Shown here: one piece after another, positions 54,331 through 63,090 of the stretch
Layout: each line of letters starts with the position of its first letter
How positions within the stretch are numbered: position 1 is the first letter of the stretch
Assembly (NCBI GenBank): GCA_965261775.1
Contig: OZ253477.1
Location: 933,239 to 997,238, forward strand
Length of the DNA: 64,000 nt
Source of the DNA: Gammaproteobacteria bacterium
GTDB taxonomy: Bacteria > Pseudomonadota > Gammaproteobacteria > Eutrophobiales > Eutrophobiaceae
Direction of reading: 5' to 3'
Notes under the pieces: model-generated
The model's input: the letters and a program-made list of their open reading frames with translations, nothing else
Told to the model about the DNA's origin: nothing
The model's database searches: none
Made by a program: the position numbers and the translations under genes

Positions 54331-55269
54331 TCAGGAAGCTAAACGCAGGCTGATCAAGTAAAACGCAGTAGCGCCGCATAGACAAAACAGGATTAACCAT
54401 AACATAGAATGAAGATGCAGTTCCCGGGTCAGGGTATTCTGTTCGACGGCGGACAGAATAAATGGCCGCCGACTGTCGTTGGTTTTACCTATTCGATTGA
54501 TCGGTGGCATTTTTTTCCGTTCGCCATATTTCTTTTTGGCCTCCTGATAAGCGGCTTCCCTGACTTTCTGCCATTCCTGCATGGACAGTTTGCCGTCTTT
54601 ATTGGTGTCAAACCGTTTCATTAACGTTTCCGTATCTTTTTTCCATTCACGTAACAAGTCGCGTACATCGGCATTGACATCAAGTGTCGTGCCCGCCCCA
54701 CCTATCGTCTCGTACAGGCCGATAGCATAAAGACGATCACCGGGATACAACAATCTCTCTGTATATCGATACTGATTATTAAAGTTGCTCCCCTCGGATA
54801 TTTTACGCGCTACTGGCGAACGGTGCGAAGGCATAGCGCTGCCATACCACACATAATCGTCTTTAACAGTAACAGACGCCCCCTCGGGGTCAATGATACA
54901 TTGACCGGTTTCATCTTTAATCAGAAACAACGAATCGCTCGCCTCTCTACGTACGGTGCGCCATACGTCCCTTATTAATAGGTTCATCAAGTTTATCTCC
55001 TGCTTTTCAACCTGATATTCATACCAGAGACAGGTATCGCCGGAGAGCGGCGAGGTAATGGGCTGCTCCTCGATCAAGTGGCCATGCCCGACAAGCTCAA
55101 CATAGCCCTGCGAGGCGGAGCGGATCTTTGCGGTCGGCGTATCTTCAATAATGCGTTTTCGGTGGATCAGGCTGAAAGTATAGAAAAAAGAAACTCCACA
55201 GATGAACACCAAGAAAACAGCGCGAAACCAGAATTCATAGGCAGGCGCATTTTCAACCCACTGCGCCAC
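54331..55269 (-). CDS. EF-hand double-TM membrane protein, tandem copy 2. Codon 7 is a nonsense mutation (AAA to TAA); the ORF continues from the adjacent GTG
   Basis: Minus strand reads ATGATGGGTATCTTTTCATAAGTGGCGCAG. Downstream sequence is about 85% identical to copy 1. EF-hand loop DTNKDGKLSMQE. Confidence 0.6.
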   Translation of the reverse strand: MAQWVENAPAYEFWFRAVFLVFICGVSFFYTFSLIHRKRIIEDTPTAKIRSASQGYVELVGHGHLIEEQPITSPLSGDTCLWYEYQVEKQEINLMNLLIRDVWRTVRREASDSLFLIKDETGQCIIDPEGASVTVKDDYVWYGSAMPSHRSPVARKISEGSNFNNQYRYTERLLYPGDRLYAIGLYETIGGAGTTLDVNADVRDLLREWKKDTETLMKRFDTNKDGKLSMQEWQKVREAAYQEAKKKYGERKKMPPINRIGKTNDSRRPFILSAVEQNTLTRELHLHSMLWLILFCLCGATAFYLISLRLAS

Positions 55270-55299
55270 TTATGAAAAGATACCCATCATGCAGACCTC

Positions 55300-55437
55300 C
55301 TAGTCGAAAAGCGCCTTGATATCCACACCCTTTTTTTCTTCCTCGTCAAATTCAAGCAAACTCGCCTCACGAAAGGCCAGCGCTCTGGCCACAATAGCAA
55401 AGACAATAACCAATAAAATAACGCTCAACACTTCCAT
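55300..55437 (-). pseudogene. lemA remnant: an in-frame internal deletion leaves a 45-codon miniprotein (N-terminal TM fused to the C-terminal tail). The deletion junction is at the 9-bp direct repeat ATTGTGGCC
   Basis: By alignment to the intact lemA, the 96-nt 3' end is joined directly to the 42-nt 5' end. Frame and ATG are retained. Confidence 0.75.
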
Positions 55438-55555
55438 TATTGCCTCCCGCACTTTTACGCCAAAGCAAAGCTACAGTATACCTGTGGTTTTTTTCATTCA
55501 CACAATGCGAATGGCCTCCATTTACCATCCCGCCGACCCCGGTTTATGCGGTCGG

Positions 55556-56545
55556 TCAGGAAGCTAAACGCAGGCTGATCAAGTAAAACGCCGCAATGCC
55601 GCCTATCCAAAACAGGGCGAACCATAACATAGAATGAAGATGCAGTTTCCGGGTCAGGGTATTCTGTTCAATGGAGGACAGAATAAATGACTGCCGACTG
55701 TCGTTTGTTTTACTCATCAGATTGATCGGTGCCATTTTTTTCCGTGCGCCATGTGTTTTTGTGACATCCTGATAAGCGGCTTCCCTGACTTTCTGCCATT
55801 CCTGCATGGACAGTTTGCCGTCTTTATTGGTGTCAAACCTTTTCTTTAACGTTTCCGTATCTTCTTTCCATTCACGCAACAAGTCGCATACATCGGCATT
55901 GACATCAAATTCTGCGTCCGCCCCACCGATGGTCTCGTACAGACCGATAGCGTAAAGACGATCACCGGGATACAACAATCTCTCTGTATATCGATACTGA
56001 TTATTAAAGTTGCTCCCAAAACCGCCAGGAAAAACAAATTTGTTCAAATCGGATATTTTACGCGCTACTGGCGAACGGGATGAGGGCATGTCGCTGTTGC
56101 CATACCACACATAGCCGTCTTTAACAGTAACAGACGCCCCCTCGGGATCAATGATACATTGACCGGTTTCATCTTTAAGCAGAAACAACGAATCGCTCGC
56201 CTCTCTACGTACGGTGCGCCATACGTACCCTCTGAAGTAGTTTATTGATGTTGTCGTCTGCTTTTCAACCTGATATTCATACCAGAGACAGGTATTACCG
56301 GAGAACGGCGAGGTAATGGGCTGTCCCTCGATCAAGTGGCCATGGCCGACAAGCTCGACATAGCCCTGCGAGGCGGAGCGGATATTTGTGGTCGGCGTAT
56401 CTTCAATAATGCGTTTTCGGTGGACCAGGCTGAAGGTACGGAAAAAAGAAACCCCACAGATGATTACCAATAAAACGGCACAAACCCAGAATTCATAGGC
56501 AGGCGCATTTTCAACCCACTGTGCCACTTCTGAAAAGATACCCAT
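55556..56545 (-). CDS. EF-hand double-TM membrane protein, tandem copy 3
   Basis: MGIFSEVAQWVENAPAYEFW... 329 aa. EF-hand loop DTNKDGKLSMQE. Confidence 0.7.
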   Translation of the reverse strand: MGIFSEVAQWVENAPAYEFWVCAVLLVIICGVSFFRTFSLVHRKRIIEDTPTTNIRSASQGYVELVGHGHLIEGQPITSPFSGNTCLWYEYQVEKQTTTSINYFRGYVWRTVRREASDSLFLLKDETGQCIIDPEGASVTVKDGYVWYGNSDMPSSRSPVARKISDLNKFVFPGGFGSNFNNQYRYTERLLYPGDRLYAIGLYETIGGADAEFDVNADVCDLLREWKEDTETLKKRFDTNKDGKLSMQEWQKVREAAYQDVTKTHGARKKMAPINLMSKTNDSRQSFILSSIEQNTLTRKLHLHSMLWFALFWIGGIAAFYLISLRLAS

Positions 56546-56557
56546 CTCGTAGACCTC

Positions 56558-56690
56558 CTAGCCGAAAAGCGCCTTGATATCTACATCCTTTTTTTCTTCC
56601 TCGTCAAATTCAAGCAAACTCGCCTCACGAAAAGCCAGCGCTCTGGCCACAATAGCAAAGACGATAATCAATAAAATACGGCAACCATTA
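56558..56690 (-). pseudogene. second lemA remnant: same deletion junction as 55300-55437, plus loss of the in-frame ATG
   Basis: Alignment to the intact lemA. The N-terminal region has diverged and the only ATG is out of frame. Confidence 0.65.
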
Positions 56691-56773
56691 TCCACAACAC
56701 AGCGCCTATTTACTATATAATAAACTCTGCTCATATATATTTTTTAACGTATATTTAAGACAGGGAAAAGATC

Positions 56774-57238
56774 ATGCAAAATGATAAAAAAACCATTGAA
56801 CATCTCAATAAAATTCTCAAAAACGAATTGACAGCCATCAATCAGTATTTTTTACACTCTCATATCTACCGAGACTTTGGATTGTTAGAACTGGCTGATC
56901 GTGCACATCAGGATTCTCTTGATGAAATGAAACATGCCGACAAACTGATTGCTCGCATATTATATCTCAAAGGATTGCCGAACTTACAGAATCTGGGCAA
57001 GCTCAGAATCGGCGAAAATACCAAAGAAATACTGGAGGCTGACCTGTCCCTAGAAAAGCAAGCTATCCCGGATTTGAAGGCCGCCATCAATCATTGCGAG
57101 TCTCAACAGGACTACGTCTCGCGCGCTCTGCTTGACGCTATCCTGACAAGCGAGGAAGAGCATGCAGACTGGCTGGAAACGCAATTGAGTCTACTGGAAA
57201 AAATCGGCCTCAAGAACTACCTGCAATCAAAGATGTAA
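56774..57238 (+). CDS. bfr: bacterioferritin
   Basis: LNKILKNELTAINQYFLHSHIY...DEMKHAD (Met52 heme ligand). 154 aa. Confidence 0.92.
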   Translation: MQNDKKTIEHLNKILKNELTAINQYFLHSHIYRDFGLLELADRAHQDSLDEMKHADKLIARILYLKGLPNLQNLGKLRIGENTKEILEADLSLEKQAIPDLKAAINHCESQQDYVSRALLDAILTSEEEHADWLETQLSLLEKIGLKNYLQSKM

Positions 57239-57575
57239 ATCCCTTCTGGACGCGAACGACCTCTCCACACAATAGTCGGCAGTATGCTTTATTCGCAGAT
57301 TGCACAGATTTCTTGTGCTTGCCAAGGTGTTTCCGCGGGTTCGGAGCGCGTATGCTATAGGTAAATACATGTGGTACGGCTTTGCCGCATCGCTCATTAG
57401 TAAGGACAGCGGGGGGCATTTCCCCCAAGCCTTAGCATAATCCTCGCGCTACGCGACGGATTATGTGAGAAGGTCGTCTGCAAATAACCGCTTTCCACTT
57501 ATCACTCCTCCCCGCCTATCTCCAAAGCCATCCCGAAAACGCAAAAAAATTTGCGCTTTCGCTAAAAATATACTT

Positions 57576-57599
57576 GATAATAGTTCTCATTACTATTAC
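57576..57599. promoter_or_regulatory. Fur box-like operator upstream of bfd
   Basis: GATAATAGTTCTCATTACTATTAC resembles GATAATGATAATCATTATC. Confidence 0.55.
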
Positions 57600-57634
57600 G
57601 ATATAAAATCACACGATAATCACTTAATAGAAAG

Positions 57635-57826
57635 ATGTATATCTGTATCTGCAATGCTGTTACGGAAACCGATATTGAACGCGCTGTTGAAACCGGCGTG
57701 GACTGCATGCAGCGCCTCCAATCAGAGTTGGGGATCAGTACACGTTGCGGGGCCTGTATACGCGACGCAGAACGTTGCTTTGACAAGATATTGGAAAAAT
57801 ACGGTGGTCTGATCCCGACTTCGTAA
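57635..57826 (+). CDS. bfd: bacterioferritin-associated ferredoxin (BFD-like [2Fe-2S] domain)
   Basis: MYICICNAVTE...CGAC is the Cys pattern of Bfd. 63 aa. Confidence 0.85.
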   Translation: MYICICNAVTETDIERAVETGVDCMQRLQSELGISTRCGACIRDAERCFDKILEKYGGLIPTS

Positions 57827-57879
57827 GACGTCCGATCATCTTGATCGAAGCGGTTTCAAACAGTCAGGAGTCGAACCGG

Positions 57880-57940
57880 TTGCCGTTGCTGTGTATTTTC
57901 CATGCATTGCACGGGACCTGGCTGTGTGACGGCAACGGCA
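57880..57940. repeat. long imperfect inverted repeat (about 14-bp arms with a roughly 30-nt loop) between bfd and fbpA
   Basis: ttgccgttgctgtgt ... ctgtgtgacggcaacggcaa. Confidence 0.5.
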
Positions 57941-57988
57941 ATTAAAGTTTCCCTTGCCATTTTCAAACAATAAATAAATGTAATCAGG

Positions 57989-58011
57989 AATTATTATCAT
58001 TTATAATTATA
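57989..58011. promoter_or_regulatory. Fur box-like operator overlapping the fbpA promoter
   Basis: GAATTATTATCATTTATAATTAT is an AT-rich dyad matching the Fur consensus. It lies 14 nt upstream of the fbpA ATG. Confidence 0.6.
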
Positions 58012-58024
58012 GGTATAACATGAT

Positions 58025-59029
58025 ATGAGACTACCGTTACTTATCCTCATTTTACTCATTCCCATGCAACTTGCCGCACAAGAAGTAAACCTTTACTCTG
58101 CGCGCAAAGAAATATTGATAAAGCCATTGCTTGATCAATTTACCCAGCAGACCGGCATTGGTGTCAATCTGGTCACCGCCAAAGCAGATACGCTCCTGGA
58201 GCGACTGGAAGTAGAAGGCCGCGCCACACCAGCCGACATTTTATTGACCGTGGACGCCGCGCGTCTTGTACGTGGCAAGGAAAAAGGGCTGTTTCAACCG
58301 ATTGATTCTGCCGTTTTGGAGCAGGCGATCCCTGAAAACTATCGAGACCGCGACAAACAATGGTTTGGTCTGTCGCTACGTTCGCGCGTCATTGTCTACG
58401 CGCCGGAGCGGGTGGTTCCATCCATGCTGCACCGTTATCTGGATCTGGCCGATACGCGCTGGCGGGGGCGGCTCTGTATACGCTCGTCTTCCAATATTTA
58501 CAACCAGTCTTTAGTCGCCGCGATGATTGTCCGGTACGGTATTGAGAAGACCGAACGCTGGGCGAAGGCACTAGTCGACAATTTCGCCAGATCGCCCAGA
58601 GGCGGCGACCGCGATCAAATCAAAGCCGTGGCCGCTGGCGTCTGTGATGTTGCGCTGGTCAATAACTATTATCTTGCGGGCATGCTGACCTCATCTGAAC
58701 AGGAAGAAGTCGAGGCCGCCAAAAAAGTCAAGCTGTTCTGGCCTGATCAGGATGGCCACGGCGCACATATCAATGTAAGCGGCGGCGCCATATTGAAGTC
58801 GGCACGGCACCGACAAGAGGCCGTCAGGCTGTTGGAGTTCCTTGTTAGTGACGCGGCACAACGCTGGTACGCTGAAAAAAATCACGAATATCCGGCCAAT
58901 CCAGCAATAGAAAAGAGCGCGATACTCCGCGACTGGGGTAATTTCAAAACCGATAACCTGGACCTGAATCTGTTGGGTGAATACAACGCCGACGCTGTCA
59001 AACTGATGGACCGCGCGGGTTGGAAATAA
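58025..59029 (+). CDS. fbpA: Fe(3+) ABC transporter periplasmic substrate-binding protein
   Basis: Signal peptide then VNLYSARKEILIKPLLDQF, the FbpA/AfuA family. 334 aa. Confidence 0.85.
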   Translation: MRLPLLILILLIPMQLAAQEVNLYSARKEILIKPLLDQFTQQTGIGVNLVTAKADTLLERLEVEGRATPADILLTVDAARLVRGKEKGLFQPIDSAVLEQAIPENYRDRDKQWFGLSLRSRVIVYAPERVVPSMLHRYLDLADTRWRGRLCIRSSSNIYNQSLVAAMIVRYGIEKTERWAKALVDNFARSPRGGDRDQIKAVAAGVCDVALVNNYYLAGMLTSSEQEEVEAAKKVKLFWPDQDGHGAHINVSGGAILKSARHRQEAVRLLEFLVSDAAQRWYAEKNHEYPANPAIEKSAILRDWGNFKTDNLDLNLLGEYNADAVKLMDRAGWK

Positions 59030-59041
59030 CCCGACCGACGT

Positions 59042-60733
59042 ATGCCCGCTTCGTCTGTGCCACAAACTGACTTTCCGCCGCCCGGTCGCGGGTGGCCGGG
59101 GTCTTTGCCGTCAAAATCAAACATTCTCCTGCTCCTTATCTCGCTACTGTTCAGCATCCCGCTGATGGTAATATGCGGTTCGTTGCTGTTTCCCGCACGG
59201 GAAATATGGGCGCATCTGATTGACACGGTATTACTGGATTACATCAGTAATTCCCTACTGCTCCTGACCGGCGTCGCGGCCTTGAGCCTCATCCTCGGTG
59301 TTATCCCCGCCTGGCTGGTCACCATGTACCGTTTCCCTTTAAGCCGCCAGCTTGAATGGGCCCTGTTGTTGCCGATGGCGATGCCGGCCTATATCATCGC
59401 CTACAGTTACGCCGGGATGCTGGATGTGACCGGACCCGTTCAAACCCTGCTACGAGAACTGAGCGGCTGGAATTATTATGACTACTGGTTTCCAGATGTG
59501 CGGTCACCGGGCGGGGCCATCATTATGCTGGCCTTGGTGTTGTATCCCTATATCTATCTGCTGGCACGCGCCGCATTTATTGAACAATCCATTTGCGTGC
59601 TGGAAGTCTCACGCACTCTGGGCTGTAACAGTGTAAATGCCTTCCAGCGCGTCGCCCTGCCGCTGGCTCGACCGGCCATCATCGTGGGGCTATCTCTGGT
59701 CGTCATGGAAACCCTGGCTGACTATGGCACGGTGCAATACTTCGGTATACCTACCTTTACCGTTGGCATCTTCAGAACCTGGTTCGGTCTTGGCAGCAGT
59801 CTGGCAGCGGCGCAATTGGCCGCCTTGTTACTCTGTTTCATCGCCGTGTTTTTATACCTTGAAAAACAATCCCGCCGTCGTGCGCGTTTTCATCATACCA
59901 GCAATCGCTACAGCAATTTGATGCAAAAACAATTACGCGGCAGGCACGCTGTGCTGGCATTGTCATACTGCCTTTTGCCACTGTGCTTTGGTTTTATCCT
60001 GCCACTATGCCGCCTGCTTGGTCAGGCGTTGAACACTTATGCCGATATTCTTGATTCCGGTTTTTATCGTCTTCTGCTGCACAGTCTCTCTTTAGCCTTT
60101 GCGACGGCATTGCTTGCCCTGGCACTGGCGCTGTTTATGGCCTATACTAACCGCAGCAACCGTTCCCGCCTCAACATTTTCATGGCGCGTTTTGTCAGCC
60201 TGGGTTACGCTATCCCCGGCACGGTCGTCGCAGTGGGCGTATTGATCCCATTTTCCTGGTTCAACAGCGCCGCGGATACGCTCCTGCCCGCCTGGTCTGG
60301 CGTTGACAATGGCCTGTTCATCTACGGTAGCCTGTTTACCCTGGTCTTCGCCTATCTGGTACGGTTTCTGACGGTCTCAATCAATACGGTAGAAGCGGGG
60401 CTGGACAAGATAAAACCGGAAATGGACGAAGCAGCGAAAGCGGCGGGGGCATCACCCTCCAACATCATTAAACGGATACATATACCGATGATGCGTGGCA
60501 GTTTGTTGACAGCGCTGTTGCTGATTTTCGTTGATGTGTTGAAAGAACTGCCTGCCACACTGATACTGAGGCCGTTCAATTTTAATACCCTGGCCGTGCG
60601 CGCCTATGAATTCGCCAATGAAGAACGTCTGGCAGATGCGGCAGTCCCCGCGCTGGCCATCGTACTGGCCGGTATTATTCCGGTCATCCTGATCAGCAAT
60701 TCAATCTCGAATTCCCGCCCCGGTCATGCCTGA
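59042..60733 (+). CDS. fbpB: Fe(3+) ABC transporter permease (two fused permease domains)
   Basis: 563-aa polytopic protein with duplicated EAA-type permease halves. Confidence 0.85.
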   Translation: MPASSVPQTDFPPPGRGWPGSLPSKSNILLLLISLLFSIPLMVICGSLLFPAREIWAHLIDTVLLDYISNSLLLLTGVAALSLILGVIPAWLVTMYRFPLSRQLEWALLLPMAMPAYIIAYSYAGMLDVTGPVQTLLRELSGWNYYDYWFPDVRSPGGAIIMLALVLYPYIYLLARAAFIEQSICVLEVSRTLGCNSVNAFQRVALPLARPAIIVGLSLVVMETLADYGTVQYFGIPTFTVGIFRTWFGLGSSLAAAQLAALLLCFIAVFLYLEKQSRRRARFHHTSNRYSNLMQKQLRGRHAVLALSYCLLPLCFGFILPLCRLLGQALNTYADILDSGFYRLLLHSLSLAFATALLALALALFMAYTNRSNRSRLNIFMARFVSLGYAIPGTVVAVGVLIPFSWFNSAADTLLPAWSGVDNGLFIYGSLFTLVFAYLVRFLTVSINTVEAGLDKIKPEMDEAAKAAGASPSNIIKRIHIPMMRGSLLTALLLIFVDVLKELPATLILRPFNFNTLAVRAYEFANEERLADAAVPALAIVLAGIIPVILISNSISNSRPGHA

Positions 60734-61781
60734 AGCCGTCACGGTAAAAAACCTTTCCGTCCAGATAAGAGGGTGCGAAATATTAAAAAATGTCTCGTTT
60801 TCCCTGTCTGAGGTGGAGATTGCCTGTCTGCTGGGACCAAGTGGTTGCGGCAAGACGACCCTGTTACGCTGCATCGCCGGGTTTGAACGGCCACAACGGG
60901 GCGAAATCTGGATAAGGGGAGTCCACGCAAGCGATCCTGTGCGGCAGATCCCCGTTGAAAAAAGGCTGGTCGGCATGGTGTTTCAGGACTACGCCCTGTT
61001 TCCACATCTTGATGTCGCGGGGAATATCACCTTCGGATTACAGGGGCTCAAACCGGAGGAAACTAGACGGCGCCTAGATGAGTTGCTGGAACTGTTTTCC
61101 CTGCAAAGCCATGTCCATCACTACCCACATGATCTGTCTGGCGGACAGCAACAGCGAGTCGCTCTGGCGCGTGCCATGGCCCCCTCCCCCGATGTATTAT
61201 TGCTTGATGAACCCTTTGCCAGCCTTGATATTGAATTGAGAGAGCAAATCGCCCGCGAATTGCATCAAATCCTGAAACAGCACAGGATTACCACCATTAT
61301 GGTCAGCCACAATCAGCTTGAGGCATTCGCCATGGCCGATGTGGTGGGTATTATGAACGAGGGGCGCCTGTTGCAATGGGATACAGCCTTCAAACTCTAT
61401 CATCAGCCCGCTTCCCCTACCGTGGCAGATTTTATCGGCGAAGGCGTCTTTATTCCAGGAAGGATCATTGATGACTACGCCGTCAAAACCGAAATCGGCG
61501 ATATTCACGGGCACAGTCCACACGGTATGAAACGCGGTCAAAGCGTCAAGGTACTGCTACGGCCTGACGACATATTGCACGATGATAGCAGCCAGATGAA
61601 TGCTCTAGTGAAGGAAAAGGCGTTTCGCGGAGCCGCATTTCTTTATACGCTTGAGCTTACCAGCGGTCGCCGAATACTGAGCCTGGTCCCCAGCCACCAT
61701 GATCACCCGGTGGGAAAACCGATTGGCATCCGCACGGAAATTGATCATCTGGTTATTTTCCGGAGAACGGAAGCAGGATGA
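60726..61781 (+). CDS. fbpC: Fe(3+) ABC transporter ATP-binding protein
   Basis: Walker A GPSGCGKTT, LSGGQQQRVALARA, LLLDEPFASLD, and a C-terminal TOBE-like domain. Confidence 0.88.
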   Translation: MPEAVTVKNLSVQIRGCEILKNVSFSLSEVEIACLLGPSGCGKTTLLRCIAGFERPQRGEIWIRGVHASDPVRQIPVEKRLVGMVFQDYALFPHLDVAGNITFGLQGLKPEETRRRLDELLELFSLQSHVHHYPHDLSGGQQQRVALARAMAPSPDVLLLDEPFASLDIELREQIARELHQILKQHRITTIMVSHNQLEAFAMADVVGIMNEGRLLQWDTAFKLYHQPASPTVADFIGEGVFIPGRIIDDYAVKTEIGDIHGHSPHGMKRGQSVKVLLRPDDILHDDSSQMNALVKEKAFRGAAFLYTLELTSGRRILSLVPSHHDHPVGKPIGIRTEIDHLVIFRRTEAG

Positions 61782-61983
61782 TTGAAGCTGGTCCGTCCGT
61801 AAATTATGCAGACGACCTGCCCGTCACGTTGTGCAAAGGACGCGACGTGAGCAGTCATTCCCGCGAAAGCATGCCCTCGGGACGCGCATTATTGATGATC
61901 CATTTTTAATCATCCATTTCATTGGTTATAATGCATGTATCCCGTCCCACTCGCTCCGGGGGCGGTAAAACGGATAAACAGAC

Positions 61984-62373
61984 ATGTATGACGTTCCTGA
62001 ACAACTCAATTATACGCCAGACCATCTCTGGGTGGAGGATATCGGCGATGGCAAGTATCGCATCGGCATCACTGATTTCGCCCAGCATGAACTGGGTGAT
62101 ATCGTTTTTGTTGAAATGCCGGAATTAGGGCGCGAGTATACCCGCACGGATACCTCCGCAGTGATTGAATCGGTCAAGTCAGCAACGGATATTGCCTGTC
62201 CCTTGAGCGGCAAAGTCGTTGAGCGGAACGCTTTGCTGGAGGATTCACCGGAGATTATCAACAGTCAACCTTATACGGGGGGCTGGCTGTTTGTGATTGA
62301 GGCAGGGGAAAGCGCCGGGCAAACACAATTAATCGGTGCGGACGCCTACGCCGCGCTTACGAAAGGAGGTTGA
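61984..62373 (+). CDS. gcvH: glycine-cleavage H-protein-like lipoyl carrier (stand-alone)
   Basis: ESVKSATDI lipoyl-lysine motif. 129 aa. No gcvT or gcvP adjacent. Confidence 0.85.
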   Translation: MYDVPEQLNYTPDHLWVEDIGDGKYRIGITDFAQHELGDIVFVEMPELGREYTRTDTSAVIESVKSATDIACPLSGKVVERNALLEDSPEIINSQPYTGGWLFVIEAGESAGQTQLIGADAYAALTKGG

Positions 62374-62592
62374 CGGATTATAAAGGAGTCACTTTGCGAC
62401 ACAGTGTAACCGGGTTCCTGCTTTCGTGGGCATACAGCGGTTGGGCTTGCCATCTACCCGTCTCAGGTAGGGGGAAGAACGGCAGAAAGCACAGATATCC
62501 CGGAATGCGGACGCCATGTTTCCCTTGTTGACAAAGGGTCTATGGTATTGAGAATAGCTGAATAATTTTATTAAAATGAAGAGGGCTGGAAA

Positions 62593-63090
62593 ATGGCGGC
62601 AATAACATTAAAAGGAGCAGGAATTCATACCAACGGTGAATTGCCTGCGTGCGGCGAAAACGCACCGGATTTCGTACTGGTTAACAAGGATCTTGAAAAT
62701 ATCTCGCTGGACGACTACGGACAACGGAAAAAGCTGTTGAGCATCGTGCCTAGCCTGGACACGCCGGTATGCGCGACATCGACAAAGAAATTTAATGCGT
62801 TCGCCAAGGAGCGGCAGGATGTGGTTTTTCTAATAATCGCGACGGATCTGCCTTTTGCAATGGCGCGTTTCTGTGTTGCGGAGAATACCGATAATGTCGT
62901 TCCCCTGTCCATGATGCGTTCGAGACATTTCGCCAAGGATTACGGGGTATTGATTGAGGACGGCCCGCTGGCCGGGATTACCGCGCGCGCCGTATTGGTG
63001 CTGGATGAGCACAATACGGTCATCTATTCGGAGCTTGTGCCGGAGATAGCACAGGAGCCGAACTATGACGCAGCGCTGGCTGCTTTATAG
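62593..63090 (+). CDS. tpx: thiol peroxidase (atypical 2-Cys peroxiredoxin)
   Basis: SLDTPVCATS peroxidatic Cys and ARFCVAEN resolving Cys. 165 aa. Confidence 0.9.
   Translation: MAAITLKGAGIHTNGELPACGENAPDFVLVNKDLENISLDDYGQRKKLLSIVPSLDTPVCATSTKKFNAFAKERQDVVFLIIATDLPFAMARFCVAENTDNVVPLSMMRSRHFAKDYGVLIEDGPLAGITARAVLVLDEHNTVIYSELVPEIAQEPNYDAALAAL

Noticed and set aside
55316-55567. 83-aa plus-strand ORF over the lemA remnant
   Set aside because: It lies on the opposite strand of a recognisable deleted lemA copy and has low-complexity Ser-rich translation.
57862-57882. tRNA T-loop-like string (minus strand GGTTCGACTCC) before fbpA
   Set aside because: The flanking bases do not form T-stem or acceptor pairing and there is no CCA end, so at best it is a decayed relic. 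I found no tRNA elsewhere in the window.
61790-61983. Possible glycine riboswitch upstream of gcvH
   Set aside because: No GGAGAG...CACCGAAGGGG-type aptamer core is visible in the leader.
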